A DNA stretch of 64,000 nt from Opitutaceae bacterium (GCA_035626915.1 DASPMS010000011.1:16179-80178); one strand, 5' to 3'; positions 26,245 to 36,416 are shown, counted from the stretch's first letter. Numbers and translations: made by a program. The notes: generated from the sequence alone by a model not told the origin.

Positions 26245-26916
26245 TCAGCGCGCGGCGTTCTCGGCGGCCAGTTTTTGGCGGCGCGCCAGCTCCGCTGCGG
26301 ACGGGTGATCCGGCGCGAGCGATTGCCGGGGAACGGGCCGGGCCGCGCGGTAGGTGTTGAGTAGAACGCCCTTGGACCCCCGGCGCGAGTCCATCAGGCG
26401 AAGGCCGCGCGGTGGCACGCCATGTTCGAACAGCCGTTTGCCCTGGCCGAGAATCAGCGGGTAGACCCAGACGCGAAACTCGTCGACCAGGTCCGCGGCG
26501 ATCAGCGTCTGCAGCAGTTGGCCGCTGCCCCAGATGTGCAATTCGGGTCCGTCGGATGCCTTGATCCGGCGGATGCCGTCCGCGGCGTCGCCACCGATCC
26601 GCTGCGATTCCGCCCAGTCGAGCCGCGCGAGCGTGTGCGTGACGACGAGCTTCTTCGCGCGGTTGAAGGCGTTCGCGATGAAATTGTCGCCGGCATAGGG
26701 CCAGTACGCCGCGAATATCTCGTAGGTGCGGCGCCCGAGGAGCAGGTCGAACCGGCCGGCCATGATCTCCCGTAGGGCTTCGAAAACCGATTCGTCGCCG
26801 GAGGACATGGCCCAGCCGCCGTGCGGAAAGCCCCCGCTCGGGTCCTCCTCCGGTCCGCCGGGGGCCTGCATGATGCCGTCGAGCGTGACATGGGTGATGG
26901 CGATGATCCTTCTCAT
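26245..26916 (-). CDS. Dihydrofolate-reductase-like (RibD C-terminal domain) family protein
   Basis: 223 aa. Motifs: VTLDGIMQAPGGPEED..GGF.HGGW, LLLGRRTYEIFAAYWP, ELHIWGSGQLLQTL...LVDEFRVWVYPLILGQGKRLF. Confidence 0.8.
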   Translation of the reverse strand: MRRIIAITHVTLDGIMQAPGGPEEDPSGGFPHGGWAMSSGDESVFEALREIMAGRFDLLLGRRTYEIFAAYWPYAGDNFIANAFNRAKKLVVTHTLARLDWAESQRIGGDAADGIRRIKASDGPELHIWGSGQLLQTLIAADLVDEFRVWVYPLILGQGKRLFEHGVPPRGLRLMDSRRGSKGVLLNTYRAARPVPRQSLAPDHPSAAELARRQKLAAENAAR

Positions 26917-27277
26917 GGTTTCCGTTACTCAACCGACGAACGACCGGCGGGCGGGCGGACATGGAGCTAAGAGTTTCCCGGCCCAGGCACGCATTTTCGG
27001 CCTGGGTTCCGGCGGATCGAGCCAACCCGTGGCATCCGCTGGCATCCCGGCTTCACGACCCAGGGATCGCGCACAAATTCCCGTGGCGGCAGGCGTTTCG
27101 AGGTCCGCACCCGGCTCCGTCGGTGGTTTATTACCCGCGCAATCGTTTGGTCCGCGAGAGCTTTGCCGCAGTGCGCGGTCGGCGGGGCGGAATGTCGTCG
27201 TGATTCCAGGCGGGCGTTTATAGGTTCATGGGCTTGGCCAAGTGACGGCGCCATCCGGCCTGCACCCCCTTACCTAC

Positions 27278-27595
27278 ATGAGAAACGACTACATCCTGGA
27301 AGCTTCGAAGGTGATCGATGATCCCTACGTGCTCATCAACGTCGTCTCGCGCCGCGTGAAGCAGCTGCGTCACGGTCATCGCCCGCTGGTCGAGTCGCTG
27401 GAAAAGCTCTCGCTCGAGGACACGGCACTGCGCGAGATCGCGGAGCGCAAGATCACGTATGAGATTCCCACCGCCGAGGCGCTCGAAGCGGCCCGGCCAA
27501 CCTTGCGCGTCCCGGTATCCGGCCCGGATCTGCGGCGCCGGACTTCCTTCCATGCGCACAACATGCTGGTTGGTTCGGAGGCCAAGTTGGCGTGA
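27278..27595 (+). CDS. rpoZ: DNA-directed RNA polymerase subunit omega
   Basis: In-frame ATG at 27278. MRNDYILEASKVIDDPYVLINVVSRRVKQLRHGHRPLVESLEKLSLEDTALREIAERKI matches the RpoZ core. The C-terminal tail is longer than in most omegas. Confidence 0.75.
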   Translation: MRNDYILEASKVIDDPYVLINVVSRRVKQLRHGHRPLVESLEKLSLEDTALREIAERKITYEIPTAEALEAARPTLRVPVSGPDLRRRTSFHAHNMLVGSEAKLA

Positions 27596-27881
27596 TGCCG
27601 GCATCATCGCCGATGCGGCGAGTCGCTGCGGTCTCGCGCGCACCGCACTGCACGATCGGCTGGCGTCATTCTCGCCGCCCCGGCCCTCTCTGGCCTTCGT
27701 CGGTGGACGTCGGAGCGCCCCGCCCGTCGCGCCCGGCACGCCGCGCCACCGCTGACGTGCCTTCCATGCAGGTTGCGGTGACTCCCTCCGCCGCGGGTTC
27801 CGAGGCCGGTGGGGGGGTGGGGAAGCGGCAGCCCTGGACGGGGGCGGGCGGGCCGCCATCCGGGCCCGCGGAGGCGGCAAT

Positions 27882-29468
27882 TTGCCCGGCCCCGGCAACC
27901 AAAGCCGCCGGGGCGCGGTCAAAAAGGGCATGGAGAGCGATCCGCCAGCAGTCGTCGCCGAAACCGAGCACGAAGAGTTTTCGCTGCCGCTGTTCGTCCT
28001 GACCGTCCTCGCCAGCCTGGTGGCGCTCCTTGCGGCGTTGCGCCTGTTTGCGCCGGACGTCTGGGCGGCGCAGTTCATGGCGCCCTTCGGGAAGGCGCTC
28101 GCCGCCTTTTTCTTGGTCAGCCTGTTCAACGCGTTCATGGAGTATTTTTTCCACCGGTATGTCCTGCACATGCCGGCGATTCCTTTCCTGCGCCGGCTCT
28201 ACCGCCAGCATACGTTGCACCACGCGCTCACCCGGATCGCCCGCAAGCCGAGCCGCGACGGCAGGGGAATCCTATTCATCGAGAACAAATTCCCCATCGT
28301 GGAGCCGGAGCAGAACGAGGCGGCGTTCTTTCCCTGGTACTCTCTGGCCGTGTTCGCGCTGGTGCTCTCGCCCTTGCTCGCGCTGCTCCAGTGGCTCCTG
28401 CCGTCGTACCCATGGTTCCTGGCCGGCTTTGCCGCCCTGGCGGCATCGCTCACGCTCTACGAGATCCTGCACGCCATCAATCACTGGCCGTTCGAGAAAT
28501 GGGAGCCGTTGATCACGCACCCGCGCTGGGGGAAATTCTGGCAGTCACTCTACGGCTTTCATCTGCGCCATCATGCCGTGATCGACTGCAATGAATCCAT
28601 CTCCGGATTCTTCGGCTTGCCGGTGGCGGACTGGCTTCTTGGCACGTGCATCATTCCCCAGACCGTTTACGCGCAGGGCGAGGAATGGTTGCCGGAGAAG
28701 TTCCGGAATCCGCGTCCGCGCGGATTCATCCGCTGGCTGGATGCCTGGGCGGCGCGCGTGGTGCAGCAACGCCGTCTCCGCGGCGCCGAGCCGGAGGCCG
28801 AACCGTTGCCCGCGCCGCCGCTGCCTCGCACCTACACCCGCGGCGAAACGATCGCCGACTGGCTGACGCATGGCCTGGGGCTCGTCCTGAGCATTGCCGG
28901 CCTTACCCTGCTGATCGTGTTTTCGAGCCAGCGGGGCGACGCCTGGCATGTCGTCACGTTCACCGTTTTCGGCCTGACGCTGCTGCTGCTCTACACCGTT
29001 TCCACCGTCCATCACCTGCTGGCCGCCGGTCGGGCGAAGCAGGTTTTCCGAAAGCTGGACCATGCCGCCATTTTCCTGCTCCTCGCCGGCACCTACACGC
29101 CTTTCCTCCTGACCAACCTGCGCGGTCCATGGGGCTGGACGCTCTTCGGGATTGTCTGGGGCCTTTCCGGAGCGGGGGCGGTGTTCCAGTTGTTCTTCGG
29201 GGAGCGCTACCGGCTGACCTCCACCGTGGCCTATTTGTTTGTCGGATGGATCATGGTGGTCGCGCTGAAGCCGCTGGTGACCAGCGTGCCGCCGGGCGGG
29301 CTGTGGCTCCTGTTGGCCGGCGGCCTTTGTTACACCTGCGGCGTCGTGTTTTATCTCTGGCAAAGGCTTCGCTACCACCAGGCCGTGTGGCACACGTTCG
29401 TCCTGGGCGGCAGCACCTGTCATTTTCTCGCTGTGCTCCTGTTTTTGCTGCCTCGCACGCCCCCCTAA
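27882..29468 (+). CDS. Fusion protein: N-terminal fatty-acid-hydroxylase/sterol-desaturase-superfamily di-iron domain plus C-terminal hemolysin III / PAQR (YqfA/TrhA) 7-TM domain
   Basis: 528 aa. The N-terminal half has His boxes FFHRYVLH, YRQHTLHH, LHAINHW and FHLRHH. The C-terminal half has PAQR motifs GETIADWLTHGLG, STVHHL, LDHAAIFLLLAGTYTPF and HQAVWHTFVLGGSTCHF. An alternative start is MESDPP at 27930. Confidence 0.75.
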   Translation: MPGPGNQSRRGAVKKGMESDPPAVVAETEHEEFSLPLFVLTVLASLVALLAALRLFAPDVWAAQFMAPFGKALAAFFLVSLFNAFMEYFFHRYVLHMPAIPFLRRLYRQHTLHHALTRIARKPSRDGRGILFIENKFPIVEPEQNEAAFFPWYSLAVFALVLSPLLALLQWLLPSYPWFLAGFAALAASLTLYEILHAINHWPFEKWEPLITHPRWGKFWQSLYGFHLRHHAVIDCNESISGFFGLPVADWLLGTCIIPQTVYAQGEEWLPEKFRNPRPRGFIRWLDAWAARVVQQRRLRGAEPEAEPLPAPPLPRTYTRGETIADWLTHGLGLVLSIAGLTLLIVFSSQRGDAWHVVTFTVFGLTLLLLYTVSTVHHLLAAGRAKQVFRKLDHAAIFLLLAGTYTPFLLTNLRGPWGWTLFGIVWGLSGAGAVFQLFFGERYRLTSTVAYLFVGWIMVVALKPLVTSVPPGGLWLLLAGGLCYTCGVVFYLWQRLRYHQAVWHTFVLGGSTCHFLAVLLFLLPRTPP

Positions 29469-29568
29469 CAGGCCGCCGGCATGCGGCGTGAATCCGGCCG
29501 CTGGTCCGCCGAAAACTTCCCGCGCCCGGTTGCGCCGACGGGCCGGAGACCTGATCGCGTCCGGTGGG

Positions 29569-30711
29569 CTAGGCCGGCAGCCGCAGGAGCGCGCCGTAGA
29601 GCGCGACGGCGGCGGCGAGCGCCGTGCGATCGAGCCACTCGTCCTTGGTGTGCGCCTGGGCGATGTCGCCGGGACCGAGCACGAGCACGGGGGCTCCAGC
29701 TCCGGCGTAATTGCTCGCGTTGGTCGCGTAGCTCGCGCCGGCCGGCGCGGCATCGAGGCCGACCGCGGCGAAGGCGGGCCGCATCCAGTCGTGCAGGGCG
29801 GAGGAGCGGTCCGGCGGGAGGGGAGGGGCCAGGTATTCCTGGTCATGCTCCACCGCGAGGCCGGCCAGCGCGGCGTCCCGCTCGGTGATGATCTGCGCGA
29901 TGTCCTCCCCGGGCACCAACCGGCGCTCGCAGAGGATCTCGCATGAGTCCGGGATGATGTTCACGGCCGAGCCGCCGCGGATGACGTTGATGCTCGCGGC
30001 CGCCCGGCCCGTGAGCGGGAACTCGCGTCGAGCGAGCGGGATGAAGCGCGTCTCCAGCGCCGCGATCACCCGGAGCATCGCGGCGATGGCCGAACGGCCT
30101 TTGGTCGGGTCGGAGGAATGGGCCGCCACGCCGCGGGTCGTGGAGCGCCAGCGAAATGCGCCGTTGTGGGCCACGACGGGGCGCAACCTCGTGGGTTCGC
30201 CCACGACGATCCCGCGGAGCTTCGGGAAGTCGCCCAGCGCGCGGGCCGCGAAGGCCTGCGCTCCGGTCATGCGCGCCTCCTCGTCGACGGTGAACAGGAC
30301 GCCGGCGCGCCGGGGACGCGGGCCCGAGGCGGCGTAGTCCTTGAGCGCCCACAGCATGGCGGCTCCCGAACCCTTCGTGTCGCAGGCGCCGCGTGCGTGC
30401 AGTCGGCTGCCGCGAGGGGTGAGCTCGAACGGGGCGACGCTCATGCCTTCGATCCCGACCGTGTCCAGGTGGCTTTCGAAAAGCAGCCATTCGTCGCCGG
30501 CTCCGGCCTCGCAGGCGACGAGCAGGTTGAACCGGTCCCCGTCGACCGGGTAGCGGCGGGTGCCCAGGCCCCAGGAGGCGGCGAGGCCTTCCAAATACGT
30601 CGCCAGCCGGGTCTCTCCGCCGGCGGGGCCGCCGAACTCGGGGTTGACGGTCTCGAAGGCGACCATTTGGGCGAGCAGCTCCTCGGGCGATCGGGGCGGG
30701 GGCGGGGTCAT
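29569..30711 (-). CDS. M20-family metallopeptidase / deacylase (ArgE/DapE-like)
   Basis: In-frame ATG 30711..30709 (MTPPPPRSPEELLAQMVAFETVNP). Motifs: LLFESHLDTV, ARGACDTKG, FTVDEE, GEPT, GVAAHSS, AHTKDEW. The track ORF starts 11 codons earlier. Confidence 0.8.
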   Translation of the reverse strand: MTPPPPRSPEELLAQMVAFETVNPEFGGPAGGETRLATYLEGLAASWGLGTRRYPVDGDRFNLLVACEAGAGDEWLLFESHLDTVGIEGMSVAPFELTPRGSRLHARGACDTKGSGAAMLWALKDYAASGPRPRRAGVLFTVDEEARMTGAQAFAARALGDFPKLRGIVVGEPTRLRPVVAHNGAFRWRSTTRGVAAHSSDPTKGRSAIAAMLRVIAALETRFIPLARREFPLTGRAAASINVIRGGSAVNIIPDSCEILCERRLVPGEDIAQIITERDAALAGLAVEHDQEYLAPPLPPDRSSALHDWMRPAFAAVGLDAAPAGASYATNASNYAGAGAPVLVLGPGDIAQAHTKDEWLDRTALAAAVALYGALLRLPA

Positions 30712-30821
30712 GGCGGGCGGACAGGGAAAACGGATCCGGCGCACGGGGCGAGCGCGGCGTGGTTCGCCGGGCCCGGGCTTTTTTGGCGGCGGCGGCGTTT
30801 TAGGATTGCCAAAGGGGATCG

Positions 30822-30839
30822 TTCAAATGCGCATGTGAA
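30822..30839. promoter_or_regulatory. Operator-like palindrome, site 1 (TTCAAATGCGCATGTGAA)
   Basis: An 18-bp inverted repeat with one mismatched pair, in the divergent gap between the M20 gene and the first SSS transporter. It belongs to a six-member motif family in this window. Confidence 0.55.
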
Positions 30840-30965
30840 TATGCTGTCAACCCCCGCTTTGTCCGCCGGATGCGCTCCGGCGCGTTCCGTCCGGCCGAGG
30901 ACGGCGACGGGCGGCCCGAGCGGGGCTGTCCGCCGGCGCGAATCGGGGCTCCGGGCCCGCCCTCC

Positions 30966-32711
30966 ATGCTGACGCAAGTCGATCACGTCGTCATCGCCCT
31001 GTTTTTCGTGTTTCAGCTCGCGCTCGGGCTGATGTTCCGGGGGTTCGGCAAGGACAGCAGCCAGTATTTCCGGGGCGGCGGGCGGATGAGCTGGTGGCTC
31101 GTCGGCACGTCCGCCTTCATGGGCGCGTTCAGCGCATGGACGTTCACCGGCGCGGCGGGCCTCGCGTACGAGCACGGGTTGATCGTGCTGGTGATCTACT
31201 GGGCCGGCGCGCTGGGGTTCTTCTGGAACGGCCTGTGGTTCGCCGCGTGGTTCCGCCAGTCCCGCGTGATCACCGCGATGGAGGCGGTGCGGGCGCGGCT
31301 GGGGGCGGGCAACGAGCAGTTCTTCACCTGGCTGACCCTGCCCATCGGCATCGTGATCGCGGGGATCTGGCTCTACGGGCTGGCGATCTTCTGCGCGCCG
31401 ATGTTCGGGTGGGACCTCCAGAAGATGATCATCGTGTGCGGGATCGTCGTGGTCTTCGTTTCGGTCGCGGGCGGGCAGTGGGCGATCGTGGCGGCCGATT
31501 TCACGCAGGCGTTGATCCTGATGGCGATCACCACCGTCGCGGCGATCGCGGCCTGGATGAAGGTCGGGGGCTGGGAAGGATTTCGCACGGGCCTGCCGGA
31601 AACCCACTGGGATCTCACGGCGGGGCACAGCCTGGAGTACGGCTGGTGGTGGGTGCTCGCGATCACGGTGGAGAAGTTCTTCACGCAAAACGCGCTGCAC
31701 GGGGCCAGCCGCTACCTCAACGTGCGCGACGGCCGGGAGGCCCGGGCGTCCGCGATGCTCGCGTCGGTCCTGTTCGTCGCCGGATCCGTGCTGTGGTTCA
31801 TCCCGCCCCTCGCGGCGCGGGTCCTGGGCTACGACCTGGCGGCGCAGTTTCCCGGCCTGGCGAAGCCGGCCGAGGCCTCCTACGTGGCCATCGCCGCGCA
31901 GGTGCTGCCGGCCGGCCTCACGGGGCTGATGATCACGGGGATCATTTCGGCGACGACCTCCTCGATGGACCACGGCCTGAACCGCAACGCGGGCGTCTTC
32001 GTGCGCAGCGTCTACGTGCCGCTCTTCCGACCGAAGGCGTCGGACCGCGAGCAGGTGCTCGCGGGGCGGATTTCGACGCTGGCGTTCGGCGGGGTCGTGA
32101 TCCTCACCGCGCTCATGTACAGCACGTGGAAGAACGTCGGGGTGTTCAACCTGATGCTCGGCTTCTCGTCGCTGCTGGGCGTGCCGTACGCGGTGCCGAT
32201 GGTCTGGTGCCTGGTCCTCCGCCGCGTGCCGGACTGGGCGGCCTGGTCCAGCGTGATCGTCGGGATGGGCGCAGCCGCGCTGGCCGGCAACGCGCCGGCC
32301 TGGTGGGCGGCGCTGGCCGGCTCCGACACGCCTCCCGGCGGCGTCCTCGGCTGGCTGGCGGACCACCGTTACGTGGGCGTGGTCCTGGCCGGCAGCCTCG
32401 CCAGCACCGCGTGGTATTTCGGGGCGTCGTGGCTGTTCGGTCACCGCATGCCGGCCGCGCGCGTGCAGGAGATCGACGCGTTTTTTCAGCGGGTGCGCAC
32501 GCCGGTCGAGCCCGAGGACGCCACGGTCGAGACGATCAACACGCGCGGCACCGGCGGCATCGGGCGGTTGTGCGGGATCTACGGCGGGTTCATCGCCCTG
32601 CTGGCGCTGCTGCCGATCGGCTGGTCCGCGCGCGGCGCCGTCCTGGGCTGCGCGCTCTTCGTCGCCGGCTGCGGCTACCTTTTGATCCGCGCCGACCACC
32701 CGCGGCGCTGA
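30966..32711 (+). CDS. Sodium:solute symporter (SSS) family transporter
   Basis: In-frame ATG at 30966 (MLTQVDHVVIALFFVFQLALG). 581 aa with about 13 hydrophobic segments and an SSS-like N-terminus (YFRGGGRMSWWLVGTSAFMGAFSAWTFTGAAGLAY). Confidence 0.8.
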   Translation: MLTQVDHVVIALFFVFQLALGLMFRGFGKDSSQYFRGGGRMSWWLVGTSAFMGAFSAWTFTGAAGLAYEHGLIVLVIYWAGALGFFWNGLWFAAWFRQSRVITAMEAVRARLGAGNEQFFTWLTLPIGIVIAGIWLYGLAIFCAPMFGWDLQKMIIVCGIVVVFVSVAGGQWAIVAADFTQALILMAITTVAAIAAWMKVGGWEGFRTGLPETHWDLTAGHSLEYGWWWVLAITVEKFFTQNALHGASRYLNVRDGREARASAMLASVLFVAGSVLWFIPPLAARVLGYDLAAQFPGLAKPAEASYVAIAAQVLPAGLTGLMITGIISATTSSMDHGLNRNAGVFVRSVYVPLFRPKASDREQVLAGRISTLAFGGVVILTALMYSTWKNVGVFNLMLGFSSLLGVPYAVPMVWCLVLRRVPDWAAWSSVIVGMGAAALAGNAPAWWAALAGSDTPPGGVLGWLADHRYVGVVLAGSLASTAWYFGASWLFGHRMPAARVQEIDAFFQRVRTPVEPEDATVETINTRGTGGIGRLCGIYGGFIALLALLPIGWSARGAVLGCALFVAGCGYLLIRADHPRR

Positions 32712-32868
32712 CCCGCCCGGTGTCCCGCGAGGGAAGGGGATCGGTGCGCGCGGACAAGGTCGATCCGCGGGCGGGCCGCGCCCCGGGGGACGCCGGGCGA
32801 TGGCCGACCTAATCCAAGCGGCATGTGATCCCACGGACACTAGGAGAAAATCCTGATTGACAGACGAA

Positions 32869-32886
32869 ATCCAATGCGCATTGGTC
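32869..32886. promoter_or_regulatory. Operator-like palindrome, site 2 (ATCCAATGCGCATTGGTC; perfect 14-bp core CCAATGCGCATTGG)
   Basis: Lies about 70 bp upstream of the preferred start of the large TonB receptor gene. Confidence 0.55.
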
Positions 32887-32954
32887 CTGGCGCAGCCCCG
32901 TCGGGTTCCCCGGTCCGCCGGCGTGGTCCGCCCCGCCAACCCCAACCTACCTCC

Positions 32955-35900
32955 ATGATGTCCGTCACCTTCCCTTCCCGTGAGCGCAGGCTCGCTCGCG
33001 TCCTTGTGCCCTGCCTTGCGCTGATCGCTCTGCCCTCGGCGCCGGGGCAGACCCCCGCCGGCACGCCGGCGGATCGCGAGGAAGAGGTGGTGCAGCTCTC
33101 TCCGTTCGAAGTGAACTCGGAGCAGGACACCGGTTACCTCGCCAGCACGGCGCAGTCCGGCACGCGCCTGCGCACGGACCTCAAGGACATCGCGTCGTCG
33201 ATTTCGGTCGTCACGAAGGACTTCATGAACGACATCGGCGCCAAGGACCTGGAAACCCTCCTGGTCTACACGCTCGGCACGGAAGTGGGCGGGGTGGGGG
33301 GCAATTTCTCGGACGCCGGCACGGTCAACAACCCGAACGGCGCCGAGGTCGACTACGACGCGGCGTTCGCCAGCGCCGCGCCCAGCACGCGGGTCCGCGG
33401 GCTGACCTCGGCGGACCTGTCCCGCGATTTCTTCATCAGCGGCCTCCCCATGGACGGCTACAACGTCGACCGCGTGGAGATCAGCCGCGGCCCGAACGCG
33501 ATGCTGTTCGGCCTGGGCAGCCCGTCGGGCATCATCAATTCCTCCCTGATCGCGGCGCGGATGAACCGCAACCGGACCGAGCTCGAGCTGCGCACGGACC
33601 AGTACGGCTCGTTCCGCTCGACGCTGGACCACAACCAGGTGCTGATTAAGGACAAGTTCGCGCTGCGTTTCGCGGCCGTCTACGAAGACCAGTCCTACAA
33701 GGTCGAGGAGGCCTGGCGCCGCAACAAGCGGGCCTTTCTCACCGGCACGTACCGTCCGTTCCACAACACCACGCTCAAGGCCTCGGCGGAGCGCGGCAAC
33801 GTCGACTCGAACCTCCCGGAGACGCGTCCGCCCTACGACGTGTACACGCAGTGGTTCCTGATGGGCCGCCCGGCCTGGAATCCGTCCAACGCGACCGGCA
33901 CGCTGCTCGGCACGCCGGCCCCCGGCTGGCCGACGACGGTCTTCACCTCGGCCGGGCTTCCCGCGAGCACGGGTGGCGTGGCGTTCGACGGCTCGACGAC
34001 GCTGAACTCCGGCAATCTGTTCGGCGGCCAGGTGGGCGCCATGGGCAACGGCTCCCGGCAGATGGTGACCGTGTTCAACGATCCGAACAGCAGCAGCCCC
34101 AGCCTGGGCCTGCCCGGCTCGACCGCCCAGGGCTACCGCAACGGCAACTACGAGCGGCTGTTCCGCCAGCCCAACGGCACCTTCGCCGCGGCCACGAACA
34201 CGGCCCAGCGCGGCGTGCGCGACTGGAACTACATCCTCAACCGCGTCCTCCACTACAACGATCCGACCTACAACTACTGGCGGAACCAGCAGATCACCGA
34301 CCCGGCCTACTTCAATTTCTACGAGCACATGCTCCATGGGCCCAACAAGCACGAGTGGGCCGATTTCGAGGCGTACAACGTCTCCCTCGAGCAGCGCTTC
34401 CTCGAGGGGAAGGGCGGCGCCGAGCTGTCGGTCTATCACGAGCTGCTCGCGAACGGCAACACGACCAGCCTGGACAGCACGATCTCCGGCTACGCGCTGC
34501 GCGTGGACATGAACTCGCACCTCGGGAACGGCCAGGTGAACCCGAACTTCGGGCGGCCGTTCGTCGTGGGCTATTCCCGGGCCAACGTCCGCGACTACTC
34601 CAAGGGCGCCGTCCGCGGCACCGTGTATTACGACCTGGACCTGCGGGACCAGGGCTCCCCCTGGCTCGGCAAGCTGCTGGGCCGCCACCGCCTGACCGCC
34701 ACGTACACCGAGCTCGATAACAAGACCTTCCTGAGCAACAACAACTTTGCCCAGATCTCCGGCACGGACTACCAGATGGCGGAATTCGGCGCGGTCAACA
34801 GCGCCGGCGGCGCCAATCGCGCGTCGCCCATCGTGCGCTACCTCGGGCCCAGCGTGGCGGGTTCGGCCACGCCGGTGACCGGCATCGTCTCCGCTCCCAC
34901 CACGCAGAGCGTCCGGGATCTCGAGTCGGTGAACATCCTGTATTACAACACCCCGCCGGCCAGCTCGACGGTGCCGGGGACGTGGTCGGAGCGCACGTTC
35001 AGCCTCCTCCGGGCCGGTGAGAAGGACGTCCGCGACGTCATCCGTAACGCCTCGCGGACCCGCGAGAAGATCGACTCGCTCGTCGGCGTGGCGCAGAGCT
35101 ACTGGTGGGACGGCACCCTCGTCAGCACGCTCGGATGGCGCAAGGACCAGGTGCGGACCTACGACGCCGGCACGGTGCAGATCAATACCGCGACCGGCCT
35201 GGCGATCCTCGACGGCTTCGAGCCGCTGCCGGTCGCGGACGAGACCCACACCAGCTTCAACTACGGGCTGGTGCTGCATGCGCCGGCGGTCGTCACCCGC
35301 CGCCTGCCGGAGAGCACGACCTTCAGCCTGATCTACAACCAGGCGGACAATTTCCGGCCGGCCCAGCAGCGTTACGACATCTACGACCGCGCGCTCCCGG
35401 GCGAGACCGGCGAGACGAAGGAGTACGGCATCTCGCTCAGCACGCTCAACGGGAAGTTCGTGTTCCGGGCCATGCGCTACGAGACCACCTCGGCGCTCTC
35501 CTCCTCGCTGCTGACGAGCCTGACCACGCCGCTGAACAACCTGGTCTCGCTGATCGACAACCTGCAGACCGAGAACCTCCGCGGCACCAACGCCAGCCGC
35601 CCGGCCGGCGTAGCGGCCTGGAACGAGTGGTTCGACGGCCCCGTGGGCTCCGCGCTGCGCGGCACCTTCCGGATCCGCCAGACCACGCTGACCAACGGCC
35701 AGCCCGACATCCTGTCGGAAAACCGCTCCGGCGAGGTGGTCTCCACCGCCGACGTCGTGTCCAAGGGCGAGGAGTTCGAGGCGATCTTCAACCCGACCCC
35801 GCAATGGCGCATCGCCTTCAATGCGAACCGGGCCGAGGCCGTGCGCAATCGGGTCGCCACCGAGCTGTACGACGTCGTGTTCAACTCATTCGTCCCGCTG

Positions 35901-36416
35901 ATGGCGGGATCGGCCGGCGATCTCATTCCCTCCTCCAGCAACGCGACCTTCGATGCGCGCAGCCGCTTCCGGCAGCAGGTCTACGTGCAGATGCTGCCCG
36001 AGCTCCTGAGCCAGGGGGCGCCGACGCCCGAGCTGCGGGAATGGCGCTTCAACGCGATCACCAACTACACCTTCAACCGCGGCCGCCTCAAGGGCCTGAA
36101 CGTCGGCGGCGGTGTCCGCTGGCAGGACGAGGTGGCGATCGCCTATCCGATCATCAACGACCCGGTGCTCGGGGCGGTGCCGGACGTGGCCAATCCCTAC
36201 CACGACAAGGCGCTGACGGACTTCGACGCCTGGATCGGCTACACGCGCCGGTTCGACCAGTTCACGTTCAAGGTCCAGCTCAACGTGAAGAACATCGGGG
36301 TGGGCGACGAGCTCGTCGCGGCCGGGCCGAACGCCGCGCAGCCCGACGGCACGATCGCCACCTGGCGCATCCGGGAGCCGCAGTTCATCACCCTCCGGAC
36401 CACGTTCACGTTCTGA
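32955..36416 (+). CDS. Large TonB-dependent receptor (plug plus oversized beta-barrel), glycan-uptake type
   Basis: In-frame ATG at 32955 (MMSVTFPSRERRLARVLVPCLALIALPSAPGQ signal). Plug motifs: VVQLSPFEVNSEQDTGYLA..AQSGTRLRTDLKDIASSISVVTKDFMNDIG, VRGL, VDRVEISRGPNAMLFGLGSPSGIIN. The 1153-aa protein ends in ...TLRTTFTF, an aromatic C-terminus typical of outer-membrane barrels. Confidence 0.85.
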   Translation: MMSVTFPSRERRLARVLVPCLALIALPSAPGQTPAGTPADREEEVVQLSPFEVNSEQDTGYLASTAQSGTRLRTDLKDIASSISVVTKDFMNDIGAKDLETLLVYTLGTEVGGVGGNFSDAGTVNNPNGAEVDYDAAFASAAPSTRVRGLTSADLSRDFFISGLPMDGYNVDRVEISRGPNAMLFGLGSPSGIINSSLIAARMNRNRTELELRTDQYGSFRSTLDHNQVLIKDKFALRFAAVYEDQSYKVEEAWRRNKRAFLTGTYRPFHNTTLKASAERGNVDSNLPETRPPYDVYTQWFLMGRPAWNPSNATGTLLGTPAPGWPTTVFTSAGLPASTGGVAFDGSTTLNSGNLFGGQVGAMGNGSRQMVTVFNDPNSSSPSLGLPGSTAQGYRNGNYERLFRQPNGTFAAATNTAQRGVRDWNYILNRVLHYNDPTYNYWRNQQITDPAYFNFYEHMLHGPNKHEWADFEAYNVSLEQRFLEGKGGAELSVYHELLANGNTTSLDSTISGYALRVDMNSHLGNGQVNPNFGRPFVVGYSRANVRDYSKGAVRGTVYYDLDLRDQGSPWLGKLLGRHRLTATYTELDNKTFLSNNNFAQISGTDYQMAEFGAVNSAGGANRASPIVRYLGPSVAGSATPVTGIVSAPTTQSVRDLESVNILYYNTPPASSTVPGTWSERTFSLLRAGEKDVRDVIRNASRTREKIDSLVGVAQSYWWDGTLVSTLGWRKDQVRTYDAGTVQINTATGLAILDGFEPLPVADETHTSFNYGLVLHAPAVVTRRLPESTTFSLIYNQADNFRPAQQRYDIYDRALPGETGETKEYGISLSTLNGKFVFRAMRYETTSALSSSLLTSLTTPLNNLVSLIDNLQTENLRGTNASRPAGVAAWNEWFDGPVGSALRGTFRIRQTTLTNGQPDILSENRSGEVVSTADVVSKGEEFEAIFNPTPQWRIAFNANRAEAVRNRVATELYDVVFNSFVPLMAGSAGDLIPSSSNATFDARSRFRQQVYVQMLPELLSQGAPTPELREWRFNAITNYTFNRGRLKGLNVGGGVRWQDEVAIAYPIINDPVLGAVPDVANPYHDKALTDFDAWIGYTRRFDQFTFKVQLNVKNIGVGDELVAAGPNAAQPDGTIATWRIREPQFITLRTTFTF

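Noticed and set aside
32874-32954. Alternative TonB-receptor start MRIGPGAAP..., which resembles the pectate-lyase N-terminus MRIGTRLAG
   Set aside because: The shared MRIG arises because both ATGs lie inside copies of the AATGCGCATTGG palindrome, not from protein homology. For the receptor, the downstream ATG at 32955 precedes a proper signal peptide.
30708-35804. 1698-aa ORF on the minus strand, the longest in the track
   Set aside because: The translation is Arg/Gly/Ala/Pro/His-rich low complexity with no motifs. It lies antisense to an SSS transporter and a TonB receptor, both with clear family signatures. This is a typical high-GC shadow ORF.
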